Positions 9,849 through 20,117 of a stretch of 64,000 bases of DNA are shown one piece after another. The position numbers and the translations under genes were made by a program. The DNA is from an uncultured Ruficoccus sp. GTDB lineage: Bacteria > Verrucomicrobiota > Verrucomicrobiia > Opitutales > Cerasicoccaceae. The stretch lies in the NCBI GenBank assembly GCA_965140785.1, contig OZ223481.1, positions 608,001 to 672,000 of the forward strand, written 5' to 3'. The first letter of the stretch is position 1. The number at the start of each line of letters is the position of its first letter. The notes under the pieces were generated by a model, which saw only the letters and a list, made by a program, of their open reading frames with translations, had not been told where the DNA came from and did no database searches.

Positions 9849-10607
9849 ATGAGAGATCTTAATGACTTTGGATATCTTGATCAGGTTGTTAGCAACCTGA
9901 AAAAAGTGAAAGAAACTCAGGCGGAGAATATCGCAGATGCCGCGCGACTTATGGCTGGCGCAATTGCGGAGGATCGCCTGATCCATGTGTATGGCGGCGG
10001 CGGCCACACGACTCTGGTTATGGGTGAAATGTTTTTCAGAGCCGGTGGCCTTGCCAACATCAACCCGATTATGGAGACGGGACTTTCCGTATTTAATCAG
10101 GCGTTGAAGTATCTGGAACTGGAGCGCACGGAGAACTATGGCTCTGCCATTGTGAAATACTATGAGCTGCAGGAAGGAGATGTTCTGATCATATTCCATA
10201 ACATCGGGATTAACGCAGCGACGATTGATGCGGCAATGGAGGCAAAGAGAGCTGGTGCGAAGATTATCGCCGTTTCCAGCAGTTTCTGGCAGAATGAAAT
10301 GCCGTCAGATCATTTCATCCGACACAGTTCGGCACGGAATCTTTTTGAATTCGCCGATGTGTGTATCGATGACTTTAATCCTGTCGGGGACTCAGTTGTG
10401 ACTGTTCCTGGGTTTGCGACTCCGATCGCACCGATCTCCAATGTGGTAGACTTTACTATCGCCCACTGGCTGGAGATTGAGTGCATTCGTCAATGCGTTG
10501 AGCGCGGGGTTGTTCCTCCGGTCTGGCGGAGTGCAAACGCTCCGGGAGGTGATCAGTTTAATGCTGAGAATCTTAAAAAGTACCGCCCGCTGGTTAAAAG
10601 TCTTTAG
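9849..10607 (+). CDS. SIS-domain sugar isomerase-like protein
   Basis: IHVYGGGGH..EMFFRAGGLA, GINAATID, PPVWRSAN. Confidence 0.85.
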   Translation: MRDLNDFGYLDQVVSNLKKVKETQAENIADAARLMAGAIAEDRLIHVYGGGGHTTLVMGEMFFRAGGLANINPIMETGLSVFNQALKYLELERTENYGSAIVKYYELQEGDVLIIFHNIGINAATIDAAMEAKRAGAKIIAVSSSFWQNEMPSDHFIRHSSARNLFEFADVCIDDFNPVGDSVVTVPGFATPIAPISNVVDFTIAHWLEIECIRQCVERGVVPPVWRSANAPGGDQFNAENLKKYRPLVKSL

Positions 10608-10625
10608 GGGAAATGCCGAATGAAA

Positions 10626-10654
10626 CCCTGATCCGAAAGTCATTTTCGGATCAG
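10626..10654 (+). terminator. Intergenic hairpin
   Basis: CCCTGATCCGAAA-gtcat-TTTCGGATCAGGG right after the SIS gene; no clear U-tract. Confidence 0.45.
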
Positions 10655-10691
10655 GGACAGTCTCTAAAAATTGCTATAAATACCCTCTATT

Positions 10692-13600
10692 ATGTATAAC
10701 TTAATTGCAGTTATTTTGTTTCTTGCTATCTTCATTCGTCCGCTGAATTCCCAGACTCTGGAAGTTATTAATGAGGCCGGAAATTCCAACATTCTGTTCA
10801 AAGTCGAATCGTTAGAAATCTCTGACGATATCAATTACTTCGGAGGAAAAAACTGGGACAGCTATGAGAACAAAGTGACACTTGATGCTGACGGGATTGC
10901 TGTGCTAAATACATATGGTACGGAGGCTGATTGGTCATTCCGGCGGGAGATTGGTGTTTTGGCTGGCGGCCATGAAGTGGAAATCACCATTCAGGCATAT
11001 CAGAAAGCATATAGCAATGTGCAGGGTAATCATTTTGAATATGTGATAAGGATGCCGCGGGTCGGGCTTGAAGGCATTCGCTGGGAGGCGATTGTCGGGC
11101 GCTCGAAGCGAACGGCAGAGGAATCCGGCGTTGTCGATTCTGCTGCTTCCAATGGGGGGCTTCCGGTAAGTCCTTGCCGCTGGATCAACTTCGATTTGCC
11201 TTCCGGTAGTATTGTTTTCGATTTCAATCCCGAGGGTGTTACTTCCTACTCCGACTGGGGGCAGACGCTGATCCGCGGGCAGTGGATAATAAGGGTTCGT
11301 GGCGACTTTATTGAGTTCGTATTCTCCCAGTCTGCGGGCATTACTGGATTTACGATCAACAGCAAAGTTCTCATTTTTGAAGGGACACTTGCTGACTATG
11401 ATGCGCGTCACACGGAAAAGAAGTATTACTATTACGATAACTTCCGCGCGGCAAAAAGCTTTAGCTTTGGTGCGTCAGTTCCCGGCGAATCATTTACCCG
11501 CGTTGACGATACATTGTTTTCGAACAATGCTCAGGCCGGTTGGTTGGATAATGCGCCGGTTGCATTGGGGAAAATTGCGGATAAGGGAGGGTTTTACGGC
11601 TACGCAGAGGGGAGCGAAGCGTCCGTATTCCAAAGCGTGGTCGATCCCGGTCTGTATCTGATAAATGTCTCCGTGGCCAGTGGTGAGGATGCTCTGAATC
11701 CGTTTACGATCAGCTCGAACGGCCGGCTTGTTTCTGATGACTCGGCTTTGCCTGCTGAAAACTTGCGCACCTACACCTTTTCGCAGTGGCTTGACGACGG
11801 CATCTTTCGCCTTGAGCTTGGTTCCGACTGGAGGATATCGGCTGTTACGTTGCAATTGATCCAGCGTCGGACTGAAGACTATAAAGTGCGGCGCTCTTTT
11901 TGGCGCGTTTCCGATCTGTATGAGCCGTCAACGCTTTATAGTTCCTTTGACTATTCAGGGGAGCCGGATTATAAGGTGGTTGTTCAGGATCAGCCACTGC
12001 CTGTTTATATTGATTCGGATATTCCCAATGCGATTATTCAGGCGGATAGTGAGGTGTTGCTTCCGGATCAGCGCAGTCCGAGTTTTGCCTGGCGGACAAA
12101 TTCGACCCTAGGAAGTTTGGGGACGGGAGTCTTGGGCAGTTTTGATGAGTTTAATACGCCTGAGCTTATTGCTCGCCGCGTTGCCGAGCTTAAAGAGCGC
12201 GGGATTACTGCGATCACTGTTGACGGGCTGCACTCGCGCCTGCTTTTTTCCGAGCAACTGCCGAAGGTGGAGGAGAATATGCGAATGCTGGTTGAGGAGT
12301 GCCATCGCAACGGCATCAAGGTCATTGACCATTACAGCCTTACTCTGCTTTGGAACTGGGGGAACGGCACCCGTTTTTTGGTCGAGCATCCGGACTGGTT
12401 GCAGCGTTCGGTATCGGAAAATCTTCCGAATCGGGGTATCTGCCCCAATAACCCAGAGTTTCGAGAGTTCTACTTTGACTATGTTAAAGATTTTATCGCG
12501 AAGACGGATATTGACGGCATGATGATTGACGAGATCGGTTTTCAGAATAAGAGCACTTGCGCCTGTATTTACTGCCGCGAGGCCTTCACCCGAGATACGG
12601 GGCTTGTGCTACCTTTGAATGAAACTTCGCATCTTGTTGATCACATCAGTACTAACTTAGGCAAAAGTTATCTCGCATGGCGTGCGCGTTCCATTGGTGA
12701 CTTCTACGTTGAAATGCGTCGTGAAATTAATAAAGTAAAGCCCGAGTTTACGTTGTTAAACTATACTACACACCGCCTTTTTTTCGAGAGTGAATGTGTG
12801 ATTGCTAACGGCGTGAGTATTACGGAGGCAGCACGCGGATCAGACTGGCTTGGGATCGAGTTTATGACGCGGGCACCGATGGCGTCCCATCGTACCAATC
12901 TTGCATTTGGGAAACTGACAAATTCGCTACGCATGGCGTACGATGCCCCGATCTTTCGTCTGGTCTATACAAATGATTATGATGTCGCGTATTTTTGCTG
13001 GGCACAAAACGCGATGCTGGGGCAGGTGACGTGGTTTATCAATCCGGTTCCCGAATCCAAGGGCAGAGACTTCTCCCAATATAAAAGCGGAATGGATGTT
13101 AACAGCGCCACGCCGCGCGCAACGGTTGCGATGTTTTTCTCTACGCAGAGCCGCGACTGGGCGGGGCGGGGTATGCCGCATGCTCCCGACGCGGTTGGCT
13201 TTCTGCAAAACCTTGGTGATCGCAATGTACCGGCCATTGCCCTTATTGAGCCTTCATTCAGCCCTGAAGAATTGTCGGAGTATCCGGTTCTGATTCTGCC
13301 GAGTGCATCCTGTATGTCGGATCGTGAGGTTGAGGTCGCTCTGGATTTTGTGAAAGACGGCGGCTATCTGGTGGTGACGGGTGATACCGCAACGTTGGAT
13401 GAGGCAGGAAACCCGCGCACGGTCTGGCCTTTTGCCTCGCTGTTTGGCATCTCTCCGGAGCCATTTAAGCGGGTGCGTATATCGACGATTCAGTCCGGTG
13501 ATTCCGTTGTGGCGGCTCCTGCCAACATGAGGTTCGCTGCTCTTAAGAACGTAGAGCATGCCAAGGGGGATGTTGTTTTTGAAGCTACCGAGCCTAACGG

Positions 13601-14132
13601 GCGCACTTATCCGGTCGGTTTGGCCGTCGATTACGGCAAGGGCAAGGCCCTTTATCTGTCCGGACAGTTTGGTGTTTTAAACTACGAGCCTTATGAGCAG
13701 AAACTGGGGGTTGTGCCGGTTCTGTCGCGCAGTGCCGAGCAGGATGCTGTTATGGATGCCTTGCTGGGAGAGGTTCTCGCGGGTCGGAATTTTTTCGATT
13801 TCCCATACTCAGGAGATCGTATTGCGTCCACGGTTTATACTGAGAAGACGGCTGATGGGGAGGCGACGCTTGTGCATCTTCTCAATACAGCCGGGGCCGG
13901 CTATCCATCCGGAGTCATTGTGCGTGAAGTAGCTTATGGCGATCCGTTTCCTGCGCTTGAAGCCATTACTTTTGGCATCGCAACGCAGCCAATTGTGTCT
14001 GCCAAACTTACATCTCCTGATTTTGACGGCGAGATTAAGTTGGCATGGCAGAAACGTGCAGACGGAACTTTTCAGATTGAAATCCCCGGTGGGACTTTTT
14101 CCAGCTATGCGATTGTTCGTCTGGAGCACTGA
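10692..14132 (+). CDS. Large exported glycoside-hydrolase-like protein with beta-galactosidase trimerisation-like domain
   Basis: Signal peptide; CPNNPEFR, DGMMIDE, CACIYC; YPVLILPSASCMSD...FVKDGG; 1146 aa. Confidence 0.75.
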   Translation: MYNLIAVILFLAIFIRPLNSQTLEVINEAGNSNILFKVESLEISDDINYFGGKNWDSYENKVTLDADGIAVLNTYGTEADWSFRREIGVLAGGHEVEITIQAYQKAYSNVQGNHFEYVIRMPRVGLEGIRWEAIVGRSKRTAEESGVVDSAASNGGLPVSPCRWINFDLPSGSIVFDFNPEGVTSYSDWGQTLIRGQWIIRVRGDFIEFVFSQSAGITGFTINSKVLIFEGTLADYDARHTEKKYYYYDNFRAAKSFSFGASVPGESFTRVDDTLFSNNAQAGWLDNAPVALGKIADKGGFYGYAEGSEASVFQSVVDPGLYLINVSVASGEDALNPFTISSNGRLVSDDSALPAENLRTYTFSQWLDDGIFRLELGSDWRISAVTLQLIQRRTEDYKVRRSFWRVSDLYEPSTLYSSFDYSGEPDYKVVVQDQPLPVYIDSDIPNAIIQADSEVLLPDQRSPSFAWRTNSTLGSLGTGVLGSFDEFNTPELIARRVAELKERGITAITVDGLHSRLLFSEQLPKVEENMRMLVEECHRNGIKVIDHYSLTLLWNWGNGTRFLVEHPDWLQRSVSENLPNRGICPNNPEFREFYFDYVKDFIAKTDIDGMMIDEIGFQNKSTCACIYCREAFTRDTGLVLPLNETSHLVDHISTNLGKSYLAWRARSIGDFYVEMRREINKVKPEFTLLNYTTHRLFFESECVIANGVSITEAARGSDWLGIEFMTRAPMASHRTNLAFGKLTNSLRMAYDAPIFRLVYTNDYDVAYFCWAQNAMLGQVTWFINPVPESKGRDFSQYKSGMDVNSATPRATVAMFFSTQSRDWAGRGMPHAPDAVGFLQNLGDRNVPAIALIEPSFSPEELSEYPVLILPSASCMSDREVEVALDFVKDGGYLVVTGDTATLDEAGNPRTVWPFASLFGISPEPFKRVRISTIQSGDSVVAAPANMRFAALKNVEHAKGDVVFEATEPNGRTYPVGLAVDYGKGKALYLSGQFGVLNYEPYEQKLGVVPVLSRSAEQDAVMDALLGEVLAGRNFFDFPYSGDRIASTVYTEKTADGEATLVHLLNTAGAGYPSGVIVREVAYGDPFPALEAITFGIATQPIVSAKLTSPDFDGEIKLAWQKRADGTFQIEIPGGTFSSYAIVRLEH

Positions 14133-14249
14133 GGAGCGGGGTGGCCTCTGTATCCGTAATGGGTCGGATTGCTGTTTGCGGGCGATCTGCGCAGGTGGGA
14201 CAATCGCTGTTTTACCCGACTGAATTTTAAATAAATATCCGCTTTAGTT

Positions 14250-14900
14250 ATGAAGCCTGTAATATCTTTGTATGCAGCCTCGAAGCGTAATGATGACGCT
14301 TATGTCGCTGCACTTCTTTGGAGAGCAAGCCCGATCCTGTTGCGGGTGAAGCAAGCGGTTGTGGAAAACTCCTGCGGAGAGCTACGCTCACTGCGCTTTA
14401 CATGGTCGCGCCCGAAGAAGCGTGCATCAGGCAGTGCGGATTTTGTCTACGGGACATTGGGGGCGATGCTGGATGGCGTGTGTGCACTGGTGGGAGGTGA
14501 CTGCAGGAGCTTGCATATCGAGAAGTGCGAGGGGGCAAACATTTTGTTCGCTCTGGCCGAGTTTACCGGAGGTGTTGTGGCCGAGTTTGAACTGAATGAA
14601 TGCCTGCCGGACTCAATGCCCGATATCTGCTTTGTTAAGGCGAATTTTACCGATGGACATCTTACGAATCAGCCTCTGGTTGGGTATTTAAATGATGAAG
14701 GTGCGATCTTTGCAGATGATGAATCACTCCGCTTTCCGATGCCGCTGGGCAATGGAGAACTGACGGTGGAGGGGCCGGTCGAATATCTCGGGCACTGTTT
14801 CAAGACAGCAGTGCAATCGGGCACAATCCCGTGCGGTGCGCAAAACTCAGCCCGTTTAATTAAACTTATTGATGTAGCTCTGACCCATGCAGAAAATTAA
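14250..14900 (+). CDS. Gfo/Idh/MocA C-terminal-like protein
   Basis: VKQAV...GELRSLRF pattern; overlaps the downstream oxidoreductase. Confidence 0.55.
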   Translation: MKPVISLYAASKRNDDAYVAALLWRASPILLRVKQAVVENSCGELRSLRFTWSRPKKRASGSADFVYGTLGAMLDGVCALVGGDCRSLHIEKCEGANILFALAEFTGGVVAEFELNECLPDSMPDICFVKANFTDGHLTNQPLVGYLNDEGAIFADDESLRFPMPLGNGELTVEGPVEYLGHCFKTAVQSGTIPCGAQNSARLIKLIDVALTHAEN

Positions 14901-16002
14901 CATACTCATTGCCGGAACGGGAAACCCGCATATCCCTGCTTACCTTCGGGGGAGCGGGCGTGATGTGAGCGGGCTGAACATCGTTGCAGTTTCGGATGCG
15001 GACGCAGGGCGTTTGGAGCGGGCGGGGGAAATGCTCGGTGACGACTCCGCCCGTGTACGCTTTTACCGTGACCACAGGGAAATGTTTGCCGCGCATCCGG
15101 ATGCGGATGCCGTGATTATCGGCAGTGATAATATCGATCATCTACGCATGTTTGAAGATGCGGTTTTCCACAATTTTCACATCTTTATGATGAAGGTGAT
15201 CTCGATGGATGAGAGAGAGTGCCGTCGGATGCTTGAGTTGGTCAAGAGCTATGACAGGGTGGTGCAGTGCGAGCTGGAGCTGCACTTTCACCCTCAGTTC
15301 AGGGCTGCGCGGGAGCTTGTCCGCTCGGACAGACTGGGCGAAATAAAATCCATATACCTGAGCAATATCAGCCAGAGCCCTTGCAATTATTTCCCCAACT
15401 GGGGCGACCCGGTGCTGTCGTACGGAAAGAAAATTCCGATTCGTCCGGGAGCGGATTATTACCGCGGAGGGGCATTGACTGATCACCCCCATGCCTTTGA
15501 CATGGTGCGCTGGATTACCGGTGCAGAGTTTGATACCGTGCGTGCGCTGTCTGCCCTGAACCAGCGTTCGCATCTAGAAGTTGAGGATCATGTTGCCGTC
15601 ATGGGGCGTCTGGACAACGGCGTGAAATATTTTATCAATCCTTCGTACTCCAATCTGGAGGAGCGGGTTGCGACACGCAGATTGCTCTGGCCGAAATCTT
15701 TGGAGTGTAATCTGAAGATCACGGGCACCGCAGGGTATTATTCCTGTGATTTCTTTGACCATCACTGCTACATAATCGGTAGCAATTATGTCTCTGCAAA
15801 TCGTCTGATCGTTGACAGCACTCCGCGCCCTAAACCCGATCAGGATGATTCGATTATCGGGAGCTTTATTGCGTGCATCCATAAGCGGCGGGAGCATCCC
15901 GAGTCTGCGCTGGCCGATTCTTATGCCGCAGTAAGAGTGATGAATGCGGCCTATGAGTCGATTTATCATAATTGCGAAATCACACTGGAGCCGCTGCGGT
16001 AA
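14887..16002 (+). CDS. Gfo/Idh/MocA oxidoreductase
   Basis: ILIAGTGNPH, DAVIIGS, GGALTDHPHAFD. Confidence 0.88.
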   Translation: MQKINILIAGTGNPHIPAYLRGSGRDVSGLNIVAVSDADAGRLERAGEMLGDDSARVRFYRDHREMFAAHPDADAVIIGSDNIDHLRMFEDAVFHNFHIFMMKVISMDERECRRMLELVKSYDRVVQCELELHFHPQFRAARELVRSDRLGEIKSIYLSNISQSPCNYFPNWGDPVLSYGKKIPIRPGADYYRGGALTDHPHAFDMVRWITGAEFDTVRALSALNQRSHLEVEDHVAVMGRLDNGVKYFINPSYSNLEERVATRRLLWPKSLECNLKITGTAGYYSCDFFDHHCYIIGSNYVSANRLIVDSTPRPKPDQDDSIIGSFIACIHKRREHPESALADSYAAVRVMNAAYESIYHNCEITLEPLR

Positions 16003-17348
16003 TGAGTGTTGTTGAAAATACGTATCGCTGTGGCACGCTGACTTACACGAGGCTCGGATTGATCAATCTGTTCGTCTGGCTGCTGTGGGGAGACTTTTGT
16101 TATACCATCATGGCTACCATGATGCCGACTCTGGTCCCGCTGATGCTGCGCAGCCATGATGCCAGTAATTTCACGATCGGACTTTTGGTCGGGAGCGTAC
16201 CTGCGATCCTGAACTTTATTATCAATCCGATTGTCAGCACAACCAGTGACCGTACGCGGAGCCGCTGGGGACGCCGCCGTCCGTTCCTGATGTTCTCACC
16301 ACCTTTTGTGGTGATATCGCTGATCCTCCTTGGCTGGAGCGACAACATCGGCGCATTCTTCTATCAGATGGCTTGGGGAGATGAGGGGAGCCCGGCAACA
16401 TTCATCATCTGCCTGATTGCCATCTTTACGATCTCATATCAGGCCTTTGATCTGTTTGTCGGCGCAGTGTACTCTTATCTGTTTGCCGATGTTGTGCCGC
16501 TGCAGTTTATCGGCCGCTTTATGGCTCTGTTCCGTATGGTCGGTGCATTGGGCGGAATGTGCTTCAATCTTGTCGTGCTGCCGTTGGCCGATGTGCATAT
16601 GCCTATGATCTTTACGGTCATTGCGATTATCTACTTTCTCAGTTTCACTGCAATGTGCATTAATGTGAAAGAGGGCGAGTACCCGCCTCCGGCAACGGTT
16701 GCCCCCGGTATTTTGCCAATGGTGAAGATGTATGTGCGGGAATGCTTCAGTATCCCCTTCTTTTTCATTCTGTTTATCGGGCTCGGGATGAACTACGCAT
16801 CCACGGTTTGCCGTGGAATATTCAATCTGCTTTTCGCTACCGAGACGTTGGGCCTCAGCCTGAGACAGTATGGGAATATTGCAGTCGTTGGCTCGATTGT
16901 CGCCATTGTGCTCTATATCCCTGCCGGTATTCTGGTTGACCGGCTTCACCCGCTGCGGGTTTACATGATGGGGGCCGTGCTAGTCATACTTGCAAATTTA
17001 TTTGGATTTTTCTTCGTCAGCGATTTCTACAGCTTCTTCATCGTCGCCGTCGTTATTGCGATTGTCTACGTGTTTCAGGACAGCAGTATGCTGCCTATCT
17101 GTGTTAAGCTCTATCCGAAGGCAAAGTTCGGGCAGTTTTGTTCGGCTGCGGCTATGGTGAAGGCGCTGCTCCTTGTGGCGGCCAATGCCGGTGGGGGAGC
17201 ATTTATTGACTGGCTTGGGTATCAGTATATCTTTATCTGGGACCTTATATTCACTTCGATTTGCTTATGTGTCCTTATCTGGGTATATCGCAAATGGAAG
17301 ACTCTCGGCGGAGATCGGAACTACACGCCGCCGTGTGTTGAAACGTAA
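16002..17348 (+). CDS. MFS transporter
   Basis: About 12 hydrophobic segments; SDRTRSRWGRRRPF motif. Confidence 0.9.
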   Translation: MSVVENTYRCGTLTYTRLGLINLFVWLLWGDFCYTIMATMMPTLVPLMLRSHDASNFTIGLLVGSVPAILNFIINPIVSTTSDRTRSRWGRRRPFLMFSPPFVVISLILLGWSDNIGAFFYQMAWGDEGSPATFIICLIAIFTISYQAFDLFVGAVYSYLFADVVPLQFIGRFMALFRMVGALGGMCFNLVVLPLADVHMPMIFTVIAIIYFLSFTAMCINVKEGEYPPPATVAPGILPMVKMYVRECFSIPFFFILFIGLGMNYASTVCRGIFNLLFATETLGLSLRQYGNIAVVGSIVAIVLYIPAGILVDRLHPLRVYMMGAVLVILANLFGFFFVSDFYSFFIVAVVIAIVYVFQDSSMLPICVKLYPKAKFGQFCSAAAMVKALLLVAANAGGGAFIDWLGYQYIFIWDLIFTSICLCVLIWVYRKWKTLGGDRNYTPPCVET

Positions 17349-17404
17349 TGCGGGTCAGGCCTGCGATGTGCTGCATCTCTGATGCTGCGTTGTTGCCGGT
17401 AGCA

Positions 17405-18466
17405 TCAGGGCGCCGGAGTGCTCTTTAACGGACCGCGCAGAGTCGGCCCCTCCGTCCACTGCGGGCGGAGCAGCAACTCGCGGCTTGCTGAAGGAATGCC
17501 TGTGTCACCGCGCAGGATGAGGCTGTGCATGAGATCGATTGCTCCTTCGCCGATCTGATCGACGTTAAGGATGATGCCTGCGGCCTCGGGCGAATGGATG
17601 TTGGTAATCAGTGAAACACCGACATCTTCAGGCACCCTGACTCCGGTGGAGCGGATCCAGTTGATGGCTTTTACCTGCGGTGTCACCACGACTTCGGGTC
17701 TTTCGCTGAGAAACCACTCGGTGAAGTCTTCCTGCTCGATCTGGTCGGGCAAATAGGGGCGGACGTACTCCAGCTTCCGGTCGTGGGGCAGGTGCCATTC
17801 TTTACTGAGGCCACCAAGCCACTCAAACCGGTGTCGTTGCAATAAATGGCGTTGCTGTGCGAGGCCGATTCTGCGCACTCCGCGTGCTTTGAGTTGTTTG
17901 CAAATCAGATGCATCGACGAATACGCGTCAACTGCCACGCGGTGCCATTGTTCGACATAGGCAGGGTCGCCAACTCCGACGCCGACCAATGAATAGTATT
18001 TCCAGTCCATCTTTGGCAGCTTCGCGGTTTCATTGCGAAAAGGCAGAACGATTAGACCTCTTGTGCCTCGCGCCTTCAGAATACGATCCGGCTGCTTCCA
18101 ATTGTGTAGGTGCTTTTCTAAAAGAACTTCGTTCAGGGCATAGCCGTATAAAGCCGCAGCCTTATGCATTCCCGACAGGCACAGCTTGAGCCATGAGTTG
18201 TCTTCGCCAGCACGGTCATCCGTCCAGCAGTCATCAATGATAACTGCAAGATTTGCCAGTGCGCGCCGCTGGCCACGCCGTGCAACCAGTGCGGCCAGTA
18301 TCGGATCTGGCCTGTAGCCCAATTCCTTGGCAGCCTCTCTGAGCCGTGCCCGTGTGGAAGCTGCGATTTCTGGGTTATTACGTAGCCCCATGCTTGCGGT
18401 TGCTATGCTTACGCCGGCATGGTTTGCGACATCTCTCAACGTGATGTTTTTTTCGTCAGATGGCAT
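17405..18466 (-). CDS. LacI-family transcriptional regulator
   Basis: ITLRDVANHAGVSIATAS...LGYRPD, VRVPEDVG; ATG at 18466 preferred. Confidence 0.9.
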   Translation of the reverse strand: MPSDEKNITLRDVANHAGVSIATASMGLRNNPEIAASTRARLREAAKELGYRPDPILAALVARRGQRRALANLAVIIDDCWTDDRAGEDNSWLKLCLSGMHKAAALYGYALNEVLLEKHLHNWKQPDRILKARGTRGLIVLPFRNETAKLPKMDWKYYSLVGVGVGDPAYVEQWHRVAVDAYSSMHLICKQLKARGVRRIGLAQQRHLLQRHRFEWLGGLSKEWHLPHDRKLEYVRPYLPDQIEQEDFTEWFLSERPEVVVTPQVKAINWIRSTGVRVPEDVGVSLITNIHSPEAAGIILNVDQIGEGAIDLMHSLILRGDTGIPSASRELLLRPQWTEGPTLRGPLKSTPAP

Positions 18467-18494
18467 AATCCCCTTTGATATGTATTTATATGCA

Positions 18495-19580
18495 GCGCGG
18501 ATTCCAACTTCTAAGGAATCATTGTTGTGCTGGGTTGAGCTGGTCAAGCTGCGAGGTGTAGTTTGAGGTTGTTGGGTGAAAGGAAGTGGAGGGTTTTGCG
18601 TGGGCGTTGGTTGAGTTGGGCTTCGATGTGGGCGAGCCTAGGCTCGCCCACATCGAGGAAGTTCGTGCCTTTGGGAAAGTATTGTCGGACCAGTCCGTTG
18701 AAGTTCTCGAGGCCGCCTTTTTCCCATGAGTGGTAGGGCTTGCAAAAGAATCCGGCTGCGCCGAGGGCCTCACTGAGGCGTTGGTGTCCGGCGAACTCGA
18801 GCCCGTTGTCATAGGTGATGGTGTGCACGCGGTAGCCTTGCAAGGCGGCGATGATGGCCTCAGCGGTCTCGTTGGCATCTTTGCTTTGCAACAGTGCCAG
18901 CCGCCCATAGCGGCTCTTGCGCTCGTAAAGGCTCAGCACGTAACCACCACCCCGGCAGCCCGCGATGAGGTCCGCCTCCCAGTCGCCGTAACGCTCGCGC
19001 CGCTGCACGATGGCAGGCCGCAGCTCAATGTCCACGCGGGCCGGAAGCTTGTGGCGGCGGGCTTTGTTCTTGTGCCGATAGCGGCGTTTACCGTTGATGC
19101 GCAGGTGCAGGTAAAGCTGGCCTCCGCGGTCGCGCTCGGCCTGGATAAACGTGTAGATGCTCGTGCGCGAAGGAACCGCCTGGCCTTCGCGACGCAGCGC
19201 CCCGCTGATCTGCTCGGGGCTGTGCTTGCACTCAAGCCGCTCACGCACAAGGGTCTCCAACTCTGCCTCGATCACTCGGTGGCGGCGACGCTTGCCGCGT
19301 TGACGCTCAAGCGCCTTGGCATGCGCCTGACCAGGACGATAACCGCGTAGCCCGTGATTACGACTCAGCTCCTTGCTGATCGTCGATTGAGAAAATCCCA
19401 GATAATGGGCGATCTCACGCTGACTCTTTCCGGCTTTACGCATGCGATAAATGATGGGACGATCCTCCACGCGGAGGCGACGGTAGCTCTTCTTCGGCAT
19501 TTTGATTGTGGTAAATCGCAATGCTTGAGCACCTGCTCGACCTCCGCACCTTTTTATTCCCTAGATGGTGGCATCCGCCC
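18495..19580 (-). mobile_element. IS30-family insertion sequence
   Basis: Imperfect terminal IRs GCGGATTCCAACTTCTAAGGAA (from 18497) and TTCCCTAGATGGTGGCATCCGC (to 19578); ends approximate. Confidence 0.85.
18544..19500 (-). CDS. IS30-family transposase
   Basis: STISKELSRN, GDWEADLI, TITYDNGLEF, PYHSWEKG..ENFNGLVRQYFPK, LNQRPRK. Confidence 0.93.
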   Translation of the reverse strand: MPKKSYRRLRVEDRPIIYRMRKAGKSQREIAHYLGFSQSTISKELSRNHGLRGYRPGQAHAKALERQRGKRRRHRVIEAELETLVRERLECKHSPEQISGALRREGQAVPSRTSIYTFIQAERDRGGQLYLHLRINGKRRYRHKNKARRHKLPARVDIELRPAIVQRRERYGDWEADLIAGCRGGGYVLSLYERKSRYGRLALLQSKDANETAEAIIAALQGYRVHTITYDNGLEFAGHQRLSEALGAAGFFCKPYHSWEKGGLENFNGLVRQYFPKGTNFLDVGEPRLAHIEAQLNQRPRKTLHFLSPNNLKLHLAA

Positions 19581-19626
19581 AGCTTAATATTGCGATTTTA
19601 AAGGAATAAATCGCTGGTTTGATTGC

Positions 19627-20117
19627 TTAACTTATACGGAATTTACGCCTATAGGATTGCGGGGTAAGACCAATGACTTTTTTGAATCCGCGGTTGAAGT
19701 GGGCGCTGTCGGCAAATCCCAACTGGTGGGCAATCTCTGAGGATGTCGCGTTGCTGGAAAGCAGGCGGCGGCATGCGCGATGAATCCTTCGGCGTTGGAA
19801 ATAATCGCTGGCAGTCAGTCCTGTAGTCATCTTAAAAAGTCGACAGAAGTGTGATGCGGATGCTCCAGAATGGGAGGCAATCATTTTCATATCGGGCGTT
19901 TCTCCGGTACGTACCGGTCGTTCGATTTCCAGTAGTCCGCGCATGACGGAATCGGGCCATGCTCTGCTGGCTGTTGCATTGAACTCGCGTACGTAGGAGC
20001 GAATCATGCGGATCAGGCACTTAAGAAAGCAGGCCTCAAGGAACAGCGTCTGTCCGTCGGGGGAATCGCCCTTGCGTTGAAGTTGTTGAAAGTCGACAAG
20101 ACATTCGTCTAGCTGTC
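19627..20117 (-). pseudogene. AraC-family regulator, 5' part displaced by IS3
   Basis: SHFCRLFK...IAHQLGFADSAHFNRGFKKVIGLTP; upstream sequence is the IS3 left end. Confidence 0.8.
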
